From Candidatus Nomurabacteria bacterium (GTDB lineage Bacteria; Patescibacteriota; Minisyncoccia; Phycocordibacterales; UBA9973), in contig JAPLXU010000018.1 in the NCBI GenBank assembly GCA_026395915.1, positions 23,832 through 76,575 of the forward strand: DNA of 52,744 nt, given 5' to 3'. The notes under the pieces are model-generated. The model was not told where the DNA came from, searched no databases, and worked only from the letters and a program-made list of their open reading frames with translations. The position numbers and the translations under genes were made by a program. Positions 17,666 to 24,929 of the stretch are shown here, one piece after another; the first letter of the stretch is position 1, and each line of letters starts with the position of its first letter.

Positions 17666-18322
17666 ATGATCAAAATACAACCCATCGTGCGGGACATCTT
17701 ACTGGGAGAACTAGAGGCCTTGTTCGCTTTGACTAATGGCTATATGAATATGAGCAGTTATGCGTACCGCATCAAGCCTTTAGTGGAAGCGCGAACCAAA
17801 AAACAAGTTACCATCACGAGCTTGGTCGTTTCCCTTTCACGTTTGCGCAAGGAATTTAAAAAAGAGTCCCCTCTTATCCGAGAAGTCCATATAAAAAATA
17901 TCACGACAAAATTGCCATTGTCGGAAATGGTTTACGAAAACAATCAAAAATTTTTAGAAAAATTTGAAACGTTGCATAAAAAAATATCCGTTACGAGAGA
18001 AGATTTCTTTATAGCGACCATCGGCACGCACGAGGTAGATATAATAGCTTCGTCGAATTTGGCTGACAAAATAATAAAACATTTTGTGATAAAACCGAAA
18101 ATTATAAATCATGGGTTAACCGCAATCGGAATTTCCCTCGATTCAGAAGTTTTCAACATGCCAAACGTCTTCTTTTCTCTCTTGTCAGTAACTGCCCGCG
18201 CCCGAATAAATATCGAAGAGCTCATATCGACATCAACTGAATTGATTTTTGTTGTGGCTGAAAAAGATTTCAGTAAAACCGTCGCTTTGTTTTCGGAACT
18301 GCATAGAAAAGTAAATATTTAA
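17666..18322 (+). CDS. Stand-alone ACT-domain protein (aspartokinase regulatory-domain-like C-terminus), divergent from the dap operon
   Basis: The C-terminal ~70 aa GLTAIGISLDSEVFNMPNVFFSLLSVTARARINIEELISTSTELIFVVAEKDFSKTVALFSELH follow the ACT pattern of aspartokinase C-termini. The N-terminal ~130 aa are unassigned. Confidence 0.5.
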   Translation: MIKIQPIVRDILLGELEALFALTNGYMNMSSYAYRIKPLVEARTKKQVTITSLVVSLSRLRKEFKKESPLIREVHIKNITTKLPLSEMVYENNQKFLEKFETLHKKISVTREDFFIATIGTHEVDIIASSNLADKIIKHFVIKPKIINHGLTAIGISLDSEVFNMPNVFFSLLSVTARARINIEELISTSTELIFVVAEKDFSKTVALFSELHRKVNI

Positions 18323-18344
18323 GCATGACGAAACTTGTCGCAAT

Positions 18345-18493
18345 AAAAAAAGCATTAATCTCTAAACAATCCTTTTGAAGCTGGGCTCCAAGAGTAACAA
18401 ATTATTAGAGGATAGCACCAGCGAAGATAAATCTTGCCAGAACGTCCTATGCAAATCCGTATAACCAATGGCTGATTGCTTAGAGATTAATGC
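18345..18493 (-). ncRNA. Candidate ~150-nt structured small RNA (unknown class) closed by a 20-bp stem and followed by a U7 tract
   Basis: Minus-strand GCAUUAAUCUCUAAGCAAUC (18493-18474) pairs with GAUUGUUUAGAGAUUAAUGC (18371-18352): 19 Watson-Crick pairs plus 1 G-U. It is immediately followed by UUUUUUU (18351-18345). Internal hairpins include UUGGAGC-CCA-GCUUCAA and CUGGCAAGAU-UU-AUCUUCGCUGG. It lies in a 369-nt gap between converging/diverging genes. Confidence 0.35.
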
Positions 18494-18568
18494 CTTCTTG
18501 CTCCGCGAACGGTGTAAGTTAGAGTTAAAACCTCTAAAACTATTTTACTACAAAGAAAACTTTTCAAG

Positions 18569-18577
18569 TGCTATAAT
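18569..18577 (+). promoter_or_regulatory. Extended -10 promoter element (TGcTATAAT) upstream of ruvB
   Basis: TG at 18569-18570 and TATAAT at 18572-18577. This would give a ~110-nt leader before the ruvB ATG at 18692. Confidence 0.35.
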
Positions 18578-18691
18578 GTTGATAGCTCTGTGCATACTGT
18601 GTTGATAACTGTATCACAGGCATAGTGTAGCATATTACGAAATAAAAGTCAACCCCGTCGCGTATAAATAACAGCTAAAGTTCAAAAAACC

Positions 18692-19711
18692 ATGGAAAAT
18701 AAGGATAAAAAGGAGAAAACTGAAGATGTCGTCTTAGACCAGACCTTACGTCCAGCGCGTTGGGATGATTATATCGGCCAAAAACACATAAAAGACAACG
18801 TTAAAATTCTTTTGCGCGCGGCTGAGGAACGCGGGCACATTCCCGAGCATATTCTTTTCTATGGACCTCCGGGACTCGGCAAAACTACCCTTGCACACTT
18901 GATCGCCAAAGAAACTGGCAGGCAAATGAAAACAACTTCCGGACCGACGATTGAAAAAGTTGGCGACTTGGCCTCTATTTTGACTAATCTTGCGCCTGGC
19001 GACATACTTTTCATAGACGAAATCCACAGACTGAACAAAATGGTTGAAGAAATCCTCTACCCTGCCATGGAGTCCGGCGTTTTGGATATCATCATCGGTA
19101 AAGGTCCTTCGGCTCGCACCATCCAGCTCGACCTCCCGCCTTTTACCTTGATCGCCGCCACCACTAGAGTCGCTCTCATCTCTTCTCCGCTTCGTTCGCG
19201 ATTTTCCGGCGGGGTTTTTAGATTAGAATTTTATTCAAACGAAGAAATCGCAAAAATAATCGAGAGATCGAGCAAACTTTTAAATATTTCTCTCGAAGAA
19301 GAAGCCTTGAAAGAAATCGCAAAGAGAAGCAGGTTCACTCCCCGCACAGCAAACTACTTTTTAAAACGCTGTCGCGACTTTGCGCAAGTGAATAAAAAGG
19401 GAAATAAAAATTTAGATCAGAAAATAGTGAAAGACGCTTTGAACATGCTCGCTGTGGATGACATCGGCTTGAATTCGTCTGATAGAAAATTCCTCGAAAT
19501 ACTTATTGAAAAATTTAATGGCGGACCTGTCGGTTTGAAAACTATGGGAGCGGCGATGTCCGAAGAAGAAGCGACCGTGGAAGAAGTCATAGAGCCATAC
19601 TTAATCCAGCTTGGACTCTTGGAAAGAACAGCCCGTGGCCGTGTCGCGACTCGAAAAGCGTATGAGCATTTAGATTTTGAATTTAAAGAAAAACAAGAGA
19701 AACTTTTGTAA
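18692..19711 (+). CDS. ruvB: Holliday junction branch migration ATPase RuvB
   Basis: LRPARWDDYIGQ, Walker A GPPGLGKTTLA, Walker B LFIDEIHRL, sensor region AATTR, winged-helix C-terminus. Confidence 0.95.
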   Translation: MENKDKKEKTEDVVLDQTLRPARWDDYIGQKHIKDNVKILLRAAEERGHIPEHILFYGPPGLGKTTLAHLIAKETGRQMKTTSGPTIEKVGDLASILTNLAPGDILFIDEIHRLNKMVEEILYPAMESGVLDIIIGKGPSARTIQLDLPPFTLIAATTRVALISSPLRSRFSGGVFRLEFYSNEEIAKIIERSSKLLNISLEEEALKEIAKRSRFTPRTANYFLKRCRDFAQVNKKGNKNLDQKIVKDALNMLAVDDIGLNSSDRKFLEILIEKFNGGPVGLKTMGAAMSEEEATVEEVIEPYLIQLGLLERTARGRVATRKAYEHLDFEFKEKQEKLL

Positions 19712-19781
19712 AAAAAGGTAATAGAAAAAGCCGCCAGTGTTCTTTTCTAAAAGGAAAGTCTTAACGACTTTGAGATATTCA

Positions 19782-19810
19782 CCGGAGGGGACTCTTGCGA
19801 GCCCCTCCGG
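19782..19810. terminator. Strong GC hairpin (GNRA loop on the minus strand) between ruvB and a GC-rich mini-ORF; possible bidirectional terminator without a clear U-tract
   Basis: CCGGAGGGGaCTC-ttgc-GAG-CCCCTCCGG: 12 bp with one bulged A. The loop reads GCAA on the minus strand. Confidence 0.35.
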
Positions 19811-19850
19811 CAAGGATTTCCTGACTTTACCGTTGTTTGCCGGTGCTTGG

Positions 19851-20015
19851 CTAAACGGTGCTATTGGCGCCCGCGACGTTCATCTTGGCGGCGGTGTACC
19901 CCAGGCCCACGAAATCGGCGATATTGGCCTTGGCGTTAGCGCCCACGTGACCTGTCGGCGCCGGATGACCATTCGCTGTGTTCTTCTGACCGATGATGTG
20001 CCAATTTGGTTTCAT
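19851..20015 (-). CDS. Possible 54-aa GC-rich mini-protein (MKPNWHIIGQKNTANGHPAPTGHVGANAKANIADFVGLGYTAAKMNVAGANSTV)
   Basis: Below the ORF-track size cut-off. ATG at 20015-20013 and TAG at 19853-19851. Strongly GC-biased third codon positions, unlike the host genes. No clear SD. Confidence 0.3.
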   Translation of the reverse strand: MKPNWHIIGQKNTANGHPAPTGHVGANAKANIADFVGLGYTAAKMNVAGANSTV

Positions 20016-20136
20016 ATGCTGTCGTCTTGTTTCTACTATCGTTTACTGCAACGATCAGCTCCCACACCTAATTTGGCATCGAAAGAGCTGACCGTATTTA
20101 ATGATAGCCCTATCTAAATATACGTCAATAAGCGCC

Positions 20137-20145
20137 TGTGGATAA
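20137..20145 (-). promoter_or_regulatory. Perfect DnaA-box consensus (TGTGGATAA = TTATCCACA reverse) upstream of ruvC
   Basis: Exact 9-mer match to the E. coli-type consensus. Isolated copy. Confidence 0.3.
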
Positions 20146-20148
20146 CTC

Positions 20149-20217
20149 AACCCCCTAACCCCCTTATCAGGGGGAATGAATTTCGCCTCCCCTGACAAGG
20201 GGAGGTTGGGAGGGGTT
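20149..20217. repeat. Double-hairpin GC-rich palindromic element (same architecture as 33553-33619), just upstream of ruvC
   Basis: aaCCCCCtaaCCCCCttatcaGGGGGaatgaatttcgCCTCCCCtgacaaGGGGAGGttgggaGGGGtt: two stem-loops plus outer pairing. The track ORF 20176.. reads through it, but RuvC starts at 20242. Confidence 0.75.
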
Positions 20218-20241
20218 GTAAAAAATGTTAAACTTCTTGTT

Positions 20242-20742
20242 ATGAGAATTTTAGGAATCGATCCGGGATTTGAGAGATTGGGCATCGCTGTACTCGATCC
20301 TGCTCTCCGCAAGGAGCGAGGTGAGAAAGATCATTGCGTAGTTTTTTCGGAATGTTTCAAGACTTCCAGCAAGTTGGGTTTTTCTGAACGACTAAACTTG
20401 ATAGGTAAAGAAGTCCACAAAATAATAAAAGAATACAAGCCGGAGATTCTCGCCATCGAGACTTTATTTTTGAACACAAATCAAAAGACGGTGATGCGCG
20501 TCGCTGAAGCGCGCGGAGTTGTGATTTATGAAGCGTCTTCGGCTGGACTCAAAGTCTTTGAAGCTTCCCCGCCCCAGATAAAGATAGCGACGACGGGTTA
20601 CGGCAGAGCGAACAAAGAGCAAATTATGAAAATGGTAAAAATATTGGCCGAAATGGATACTTCCAAAACTTCTGACGACGAACTAGATGCTATAGCGATA
20701 GCTTTGACTGCTTTTGCGCATTTGAAAGTGTTAAAAAAGTAA
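20242..20742 (+). CDS. ruvC: Crossover junction endodeoxyribonuclease RuvC (start reassigned to MRILGIDPG)
   Basis: MRILGIDPGFERLGIAVLD catalytic Asp motif, AIETLF, DELDAIAIALTAF C-terminal acidic motif. Confidence 0.9.
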   Translation: MRILGIDPGFERLGIAVLDPALRKERGEKDHCVVFSECFKTSSKLGFSERLNLIGKEVHKIIKEYKPEILAIETLFLNTNQKTVMRVAEARGVVIYEASSAGLKVFEASPPQIKIATTGYGRANKEQIMKMVKILAEMDTSKTSDDELDAIAIALTAFAHLKVLKK

Positions 20743-20838
20743 AAATATATCAATATCAGCGACTTTCGCAGGCTGGCGAGCCGAGAATGAGCAAATTTTC
20801 AGCAGAAAATTATGCGACGGTGATATTGATATATTTTT
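20741..20838. repeat. 98-bp palindromic element with perfect 18-bp terminal inverted repeats; core shared with the rsmA insertion at 47695-47806
   Basis: AAAAATATATCAATATCA (20741-20758) is the exact reverse complement of TGATATTGATATATTTTT (20821-20838). The internal hairpin AATTTTC-agca-GAAAATT lies within a 19-nt identity (aaattttcagcagaaaatt) to the rsmA element on the opposite strand. The element overlaps the ruvC stop codon by 2 nt. Confidence 0.8.
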
Positions 20839-20848
20839 ACTTTTGGAC

Positions 20849-20857
20849 TTATCCACA
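20849..20857 (+). promoter_or_regulatory. Perfect DnaA-box consensus TTATCCACA in the ruvC-tyrS intergenic region
   Basis: Exact 9-mer. Confidence 0.3.
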
Positions 20858-20937
20858 CTTTGGGTCATTTTGCTATTGCCAAGTCTTTTTGATTTTGGTA
20901 CAAAGTATGGAATTAGAAGCGGGTCGCTTTAATAAAA

Positions 20938-20971
20938 TTTCCGCCAAAGGCGGATCCGCCTTTGGCGGAAA
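20938..20971. repeat. 34-bp perfect palindrome centred on GGATCC
   Basis: TTTCCGCCAAAGGCGGATCCGCCTTTGGCGGAAA. It can form one long hairpin, or two short ones (CCGCC-aaa-GGCGG and CCGCC-ttt-GGCGG). Confidence 0.85.
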
Positions 20972-20988
20972 AAATAAAAATAAAAAAA

Positions 20989-21129
20989 ATGAGTTACGAT
21001 GAGGAAGATGAAATTGATGGAAGTTTTAAAATAGGCGCTGATGAAGATGAACTCGGCGAGCCACTCGACATGCCGGAAGAAATAGCTGACTTCGGATTGG
21101 ACGAAGAAGATCCGGACAAAGATAGATAA
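20989..21129 (+). CDS. Possible 46-aa highly acidic mini-protein (MSYDEEDEIDGSFKIGADEDELGEPLDMPEEIADFGLDEEDPDKDR)
   Basis: ATG at 20989, TAA at 21127-21129, and a strong intrinsic terminator 7 nt downstream. No SD; below the ORF-track cut-off. Confidence 0.35.
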   Translation: MSYDEEDEIDGSFKIGADEDELGEPLDMPEEIADFGLDEEDPDKDR

Positions 21130-21135
21130 GTGATT

Positions 21136-21168
21136 AAAAAAAACGGAAGCAAGGCTTCCGTTTTTTTT
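21136..21168. terminator. Bidirectional intrinsic terminator (A8-hairpin-T8) shared by the mini-ORF and tyrS
   Basis: aaaaaaaaCGGAAGCaagGCTTCCGtttttttt. The T-run overlaps the tyrS stop codon. Confidence 0.8.
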
Positions 21169-22366
21169 AATCTACTAGGATTTTCACAAACTTTTTTTTG
21201 CCTATTTTGAGTGTCAGATCGCTTGTGATTTTTGCATTCTGGTCAGTTATGTTTTCGTTTTTCTCCAAATCATGCGCGCCGTTCCCTAGAACGAGCCTTC
21301 GCCATTCCCCTTTCGACGATAGAATTTTATTTTTTACCAAGACTTCGCTCAAAAGCTCCCCTGCTTGGCACTTTATTTCTTCCATTTCGTCAGGAATTTC
21401 TTTTTTCTGAAAAGTGTTTGAAAAATTCTCTTCGGCAACTTTAGCGGAGGCCTCGTCGTGAAGTTGTGTGACTATAATAGATGCGACTCGTTTCTTAAGC
21501 GTCATAGCATCTTTTTTAAGATTGAACTTATTGATTTCTTCCATAGGCACATCCGTCAAGAGCGTGAACATTGGAATAATGGCGTCATCTCCTAAAGACA
21601 TAATCTTTCCAAATAATTCGGGGGCTGGATCGGTTAGTCCAACAACATTGCCTTCGCTTTTGCCGATTTTCACGCCTTTAGAATCGGAAAGCAGAGGCGT
21701 CGTCATCACAAATTTCTCTTTGTTTTTCATTGCTCGCATAAGCGTTCGTCCAGCAAGCATATTGAAGGTTTGATCGCTTCCGCCCAATTCAAGATCTACA
21801 TCCATTGCAACCGAATCATAGCCTTGGAGAAGAGGATACAGAAACTCGCGCAAGTTTATAGTCTCACCAGCTTTTAAGCGTTCTTGGAACATGTCTCTTT
21901 CGATTAGCTGTTGAACGGAAAAATTTTGCGCAATGTTAAGAATATCGACTTTGGTTAATTTGTCTAACCAATCGCCGTTGTAAAGTATTTTTATTGGATT
22001 TGGTCCATCAAAACGAACCACTTTGGAAGCTTGAGAGAGGTAGTCTTTTGCATTGACTCGTAATTCTTCTTTCGTAAAAAATTTTTCCCTTGTTTGTTTC
22101 TTTCCTGTCGGATCTCCCGCTGTGCCTGTGCCATCGCCGATCAGAAAAATAACCTCATGACCCAAGTCCTGCCACTGCCTGTGTTTGCGCAAACCAACCA
22201 TGTGACCTATATGAAGTCTGTCTCCTGTCGGATCGAATCCTTGGTAGAGACGAAGTTTTTTGCCAGAGCGCAAGAGCTCTTCTAATTTTTCTTTAGTGGG
22301 ATAAATTCTATCAACTCCTCTCGTAAGTAGTTCTTGAATCTTATCTTCTTTCTTTTCCGTTTTCAT
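21167..22366 (-). CDS. tyrS: Tyrosine--tRNA ligase
   Basis: HIGH motif in GDRLHIGHMVG, KMSKS-like KIGKSEGN, C-terminal S4-like domain. Confidence 0.92.
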   Translation of the reverse strand: MKTEKKEDKIQELLTRGVDRIYPTKEKLEELLRSGKKLRLYQGFDPTGDRLHIGHMVGLRKHRQWQDLGHEVIFLIGDGTGTAGDPTGKKQTREKFFTKEELRVNAKDYLSQASKVVRFDGPNPIKILYNGDWLDKLTKVDILNIAQNFSVQQLIERDMFQERLKAGETINLREFLYPLLQGYDSVAMDVDLELGGSDQTFNMLAGRTLMRAMKNKEKFVMTTPLLSDSKGVKIGKSEGNVVGLTDPAPELFGKIMSLGDDAIIPMFTLLTDVPMEEINKFNLKKDAMTLKKRVASIIVTQLHDEASAKVAEENFSNTFQKKEIPDEMEEIKCQAGELLSEVLVKNKILSSKGEWRRLVLGNGAHDLEKNENITDQNAKITSDLTLKIGKKKFVKILVD

Positions 22367-22405
22367 ACTCGGATTCTAGCACATTTACTGATATAATTAA
22401 AACTC

Positions 22406-24928
22406 ATGGGAAAAATCAGAAAAATGTTGAAAAATAGGAAATTGATCAAGAATATCGTCTTTTTGGCGGTTGGGATTTTCATTTTATTTGTTGGAATCGT
22501 AATTATGTGGCTCTCCTCTTTAAAAATTCCGGATTTTCATTCTTTCAACAACAGAAAAATTGAGAACTCTACAAAAATATATGACCGTACAGGAAAAGTT
22601 TTGCTTTACGACATTCATCAAGACACAAAAAGGACAGACATACCTTTCGAGCAAATGAGCCTAAACATAAAGAACGCTACGGTTGCTATCGAGGACTCCG
22701 AATTTTACAACCATGGCGGTATACGAATCACATCAATAGTCCGCGCGGTTCTTTCGAATTTGTTTCATGTTGGAATAGGTGGCGGAGGTTCGACCATAAC
22801 TCAACAACTAGTGAAAAACACTCTTCTGACTTCGGAAAAATCCTACATCAGAAAAATAAAAGAGTGGGTTCTGGCAATAAAAATAGACAACTCTATGCCG
22901 AAAGAAAAAATTTTGGAGGCGTATTTAAATGAAGCTCCTTATGGCGGAAATGTTTACGGCATAGAAGAAGCGAGCAAGACTTACTTTGGTAAAGACGCTA
23001 TTGATCTGACTTTGGCAGAGGCTGCTTATCTGGCAGCAATCCCGCAAGCTCCGACAACACTCTCGCCTTACGGAAAAAACAAAGACAAGCTGGAGACTAG
23101 AAAAAACTTAGTGCTTTCGCGGATGCTTGAAGTCAACTTCATTTCCAAAGAAGAATATGGCAACGCAAAAAAGGAAAAAGTGGTCTTTGTTCCGCAAGCG
23201 ACAGGCGGTATAAAAGCACCTCACTTTATTTTCTTTATTAAAGACTACCTCGAACAAAAATATGGGAGCGACGCTTTGCAAAGTGGATTGAAAGTTACAA
23301 CAACTTTAGATTATGATTTACAAGCAAAAGGTGAGCAGATCGTAAAAGAGGGCGCCTTGCAAAATGAAAAAGATTGGGGTGGAAAAAATGCCAGCCTCGT
23401 GGCAATAGATCCAAAAACAGGACAGATTTTGACAATGGTCGGCTCGCGGGATTATTTCGACAAAGAAATAGACGGGAATTTCAATGTAGCGATTGCTTCG
23501 AGACAGCCTGGCTCATCTTTTAAGCCTTTTGTGTACGCTACCGCTTTCAATGAGGGCTTTACACCAGACACTGTGCTATTTGACCTGCCTACTGAGTTCC
23601 AAGCAACCTGCGACGCCCTCGGCAAAGCTATACCTCCCCACGATCAAAAAAATTGCTACATGCCGAACGATTATGATGGAAAATATCGTGGACCTATGAG
23701 TCTGCGAGACGCTTTGGCGCAATCGATCAACATTCCAGCAGTAAAACTTTTATATCTCACCGGAATCAGCGCTTCGCTCAAAACAGCGCAGGACATGGGC
23801 ATAAGCACTCTCGGAGACGGCAATCAATACGGTCTGACGCTTGTTATTGGAGGCGGAGAAGTTTCGCTTCTTGATATAACTTCGGCTTATAGCGTCTTCG
23901 CGAATAACGGTGATAGAAACCCTTATACTGGAATTTTAAAAGTTGAAAATGGAAATGGAAAAGTTTTGGAAGAATTCAATCCGAACCCGCAGACTGTTTT
24001 GCCGAAAAATACAGCATTAACAATTTCTGATGTTTTGTCTGATGAAAAAGCTAGACAGCCGACTTTCGGAGCGCATTCGGTTCTCTATGTGTCTAATGGA
24101 AATGTGGCTGTAAAAACTGGAACGACGAACGACAACAAGGATGCTTGGACTGTGGGCTATACGCCGTCGGTTGCTGTCGGCGTTTGGGCCGGAAATAATG
24201 ACAATGTCCCTATGAAAAAGGGGGGAGCGGCAGTAGCCGGACCAATTTGGAATAAATTCATAAATGAAGCGCTCAAAATTTATCCAGCAGAAAAATTTGA
24301 AAAGCCAAACTTGGTCGTCGACCCTAATATAGTAAAACCAGTCCTCCGCGGATTTTGGCAAGGAAATGAAAATTTCTTCGTAGACAAAATTTCAGGGAAG
24401 CTTGCGACGGCTCTTACACCAAAAGAAACAACTGTGGAAAAAGTAATAACTAACGTTCATTCCATTCTCTATTGGATAAATAAAAATGATGTCAACGGAC
24501 CATCACCATCAAATCCCGCGAGTGACTCGCAATTTGATCATTGGGAAACACCTATACAGAACTGGTGGGCGCAAAATAGTGGAAATTACTCAGTAACGAC
24601 CTTAAATGATAAACCGGTCATGCAGGACGATGTGCATACCGATCTAACGAAGCCGATCGTCTCAATAATAGAACCAACTAATTACACAACTTACCTACCC
24701 AATCAAAAAATAAATTTGAAAATTTCGAGTTCGGGCACTTATCCACTTACAAAAATAGACGTTTTTGTAAATAACATATATTTAGAAACTGTGGAGGCTC
24801 CTTTTATTTTTTCTTTCACTCCATCTGGACTGGAAAACTTGCAAGCAGAAAATGAACTGAAAATAATTGCGCATGACAGCGTCTATAACAGCAGTGAGAC
24901 TGCTGTGACATTCAAGGTGCAACAATAG
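22406..24928 (+). CDS. Class A penicillin-binding protein (glycosyltransferase plus transpeptidase) with a C-terminal extension
   Basis: N-terminal TM. GT51 motifs EDSEFYNHGG and GGSTITQQL. Transpeptidase motifs SSFKP (SxxK), SIN and KTGTT. The last ~230 aa are unassigned and look beta-rich. Confidence 0.92.
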   Translation: MGKIRKMLKNRKLIKNIVFLAVGIFILFVGIVIMWLSSLKIPDFHSFNNRKIENSTKIYDRTGKVLLYDIHQDTKRTDIPFEQMSLNIKNATVAIEDSEFYNHGGIRITSIVRAVLSNLFHVGIGGGGSTITQQLVKNTLLTSEKSYIRKIKEWVLAIKIDNSMPKEKILEAYLNEAPYGGNVYGIEEASKTYFGKDAIDLTLAEAAYLAAIPQAPTTLSPYGKNKDKLETRKNLVLSRMLEVNFISKEEYGNAKKEKVVFVPQATGGIKAPHFIFFIKDYLEQKYGSDALQSGLKVTTTLDYDLQAKGEQIVKEGALQNEKDWGGKNASLVAIDPKTGQILTMVGSRDYFDKEIDGNFNVAIASRQPGSSFKPFVYATAFNEGFTPDTVLFDLPTEFQATCDALGKAIPPHDQKNCYMPNDYDGKYRGPMSLRDALAQSINIPAVKLLYLTGISASLKTAQDMGISTLGDGNQYGLTLVIGGGEVSLLDITSAYSVFANNGDRNPYTGILKVENGNGKVLEEFNPNPQTVLPKNTALTISDVLSDEKARQPTFGAHSVLYVSNGNVAVKTGTTNDNKDAWTVGYTPSVAVGVWAGNNDNVPMKKGGAAVAGPIWNKFINEALKIYPAEKFEKPNLVVDPNIVKPVLRGFWQGNENFFVDKISGKLATALTPKETTVEKVITNVHSILYWINKNDVNGPSPSNPASDSQFDHWETPIQNWWAQNSGNYSVTTLNDKPVMQDDVHTDLTKPIVSIIEPTNYTTYLPNQKINLKISSSGTYPLTKIDVFVNNIYLETVEAPFIFSFTPSGLENLQAENELKIIAHDSVYNSSETAVTFKVQQ

Positions 24929-24929
24929 A

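Noticed and set aside
18590-18630. Possible SOS/LexA operator (CTGT...ACAG-like repeats) in the ruvB leader
   Set aside because: The repeats are partly direct rather than inverted. They fit neither CTGT-N8-ACAG nor GAAC-N4-GTTC spacing.
19745-19770. RNase P RNA-like GGAAAGTC motif
   Set aside because: Only this short match is present. The other conserved RNase P RNA regions (e.g. ACAGAA-CCGGCUUA, GGUAA...) are absent from the surrounding 400 nt.
19737-20117. 126-aa plus-strand ORF in the ruvB-ruvC spacer
   Set aside because: It lies in a GC-rich stretch where long stop-free frames arise on both strands. It reads through the strong hairpin at 19782-19810 and has no motif. The minus-strand 54-codon frame shows the better third-position GC bias, so this one is treated as a shadow ORF.
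20176-20241. 22-codon N-terminal extension of ruvC
   Set aside because: It is simply the translation of the palindromic element (SPDKGRLGGV). RuvC proteins start at MRILGIDPG.
20290-20335. Small hairpin (CTCC-gcaa-GGAG) and possible extra residues in ruvC (DPALRKERGEKDH)
   Set aside because: The stem is only 4 bp. The loop-length variation is within the normal RuvC range as far as I can judge without an alignment.
20787-21002. 71-aa plus-strand ORF downstream of ruvC
   Set aside because: It reads through half of the 98-bp palindromic element and the 34-bp perfect palindrome. The KFSAEN and SAKGGSAFGGK stretches are translated repeats, and there is no coding signature.
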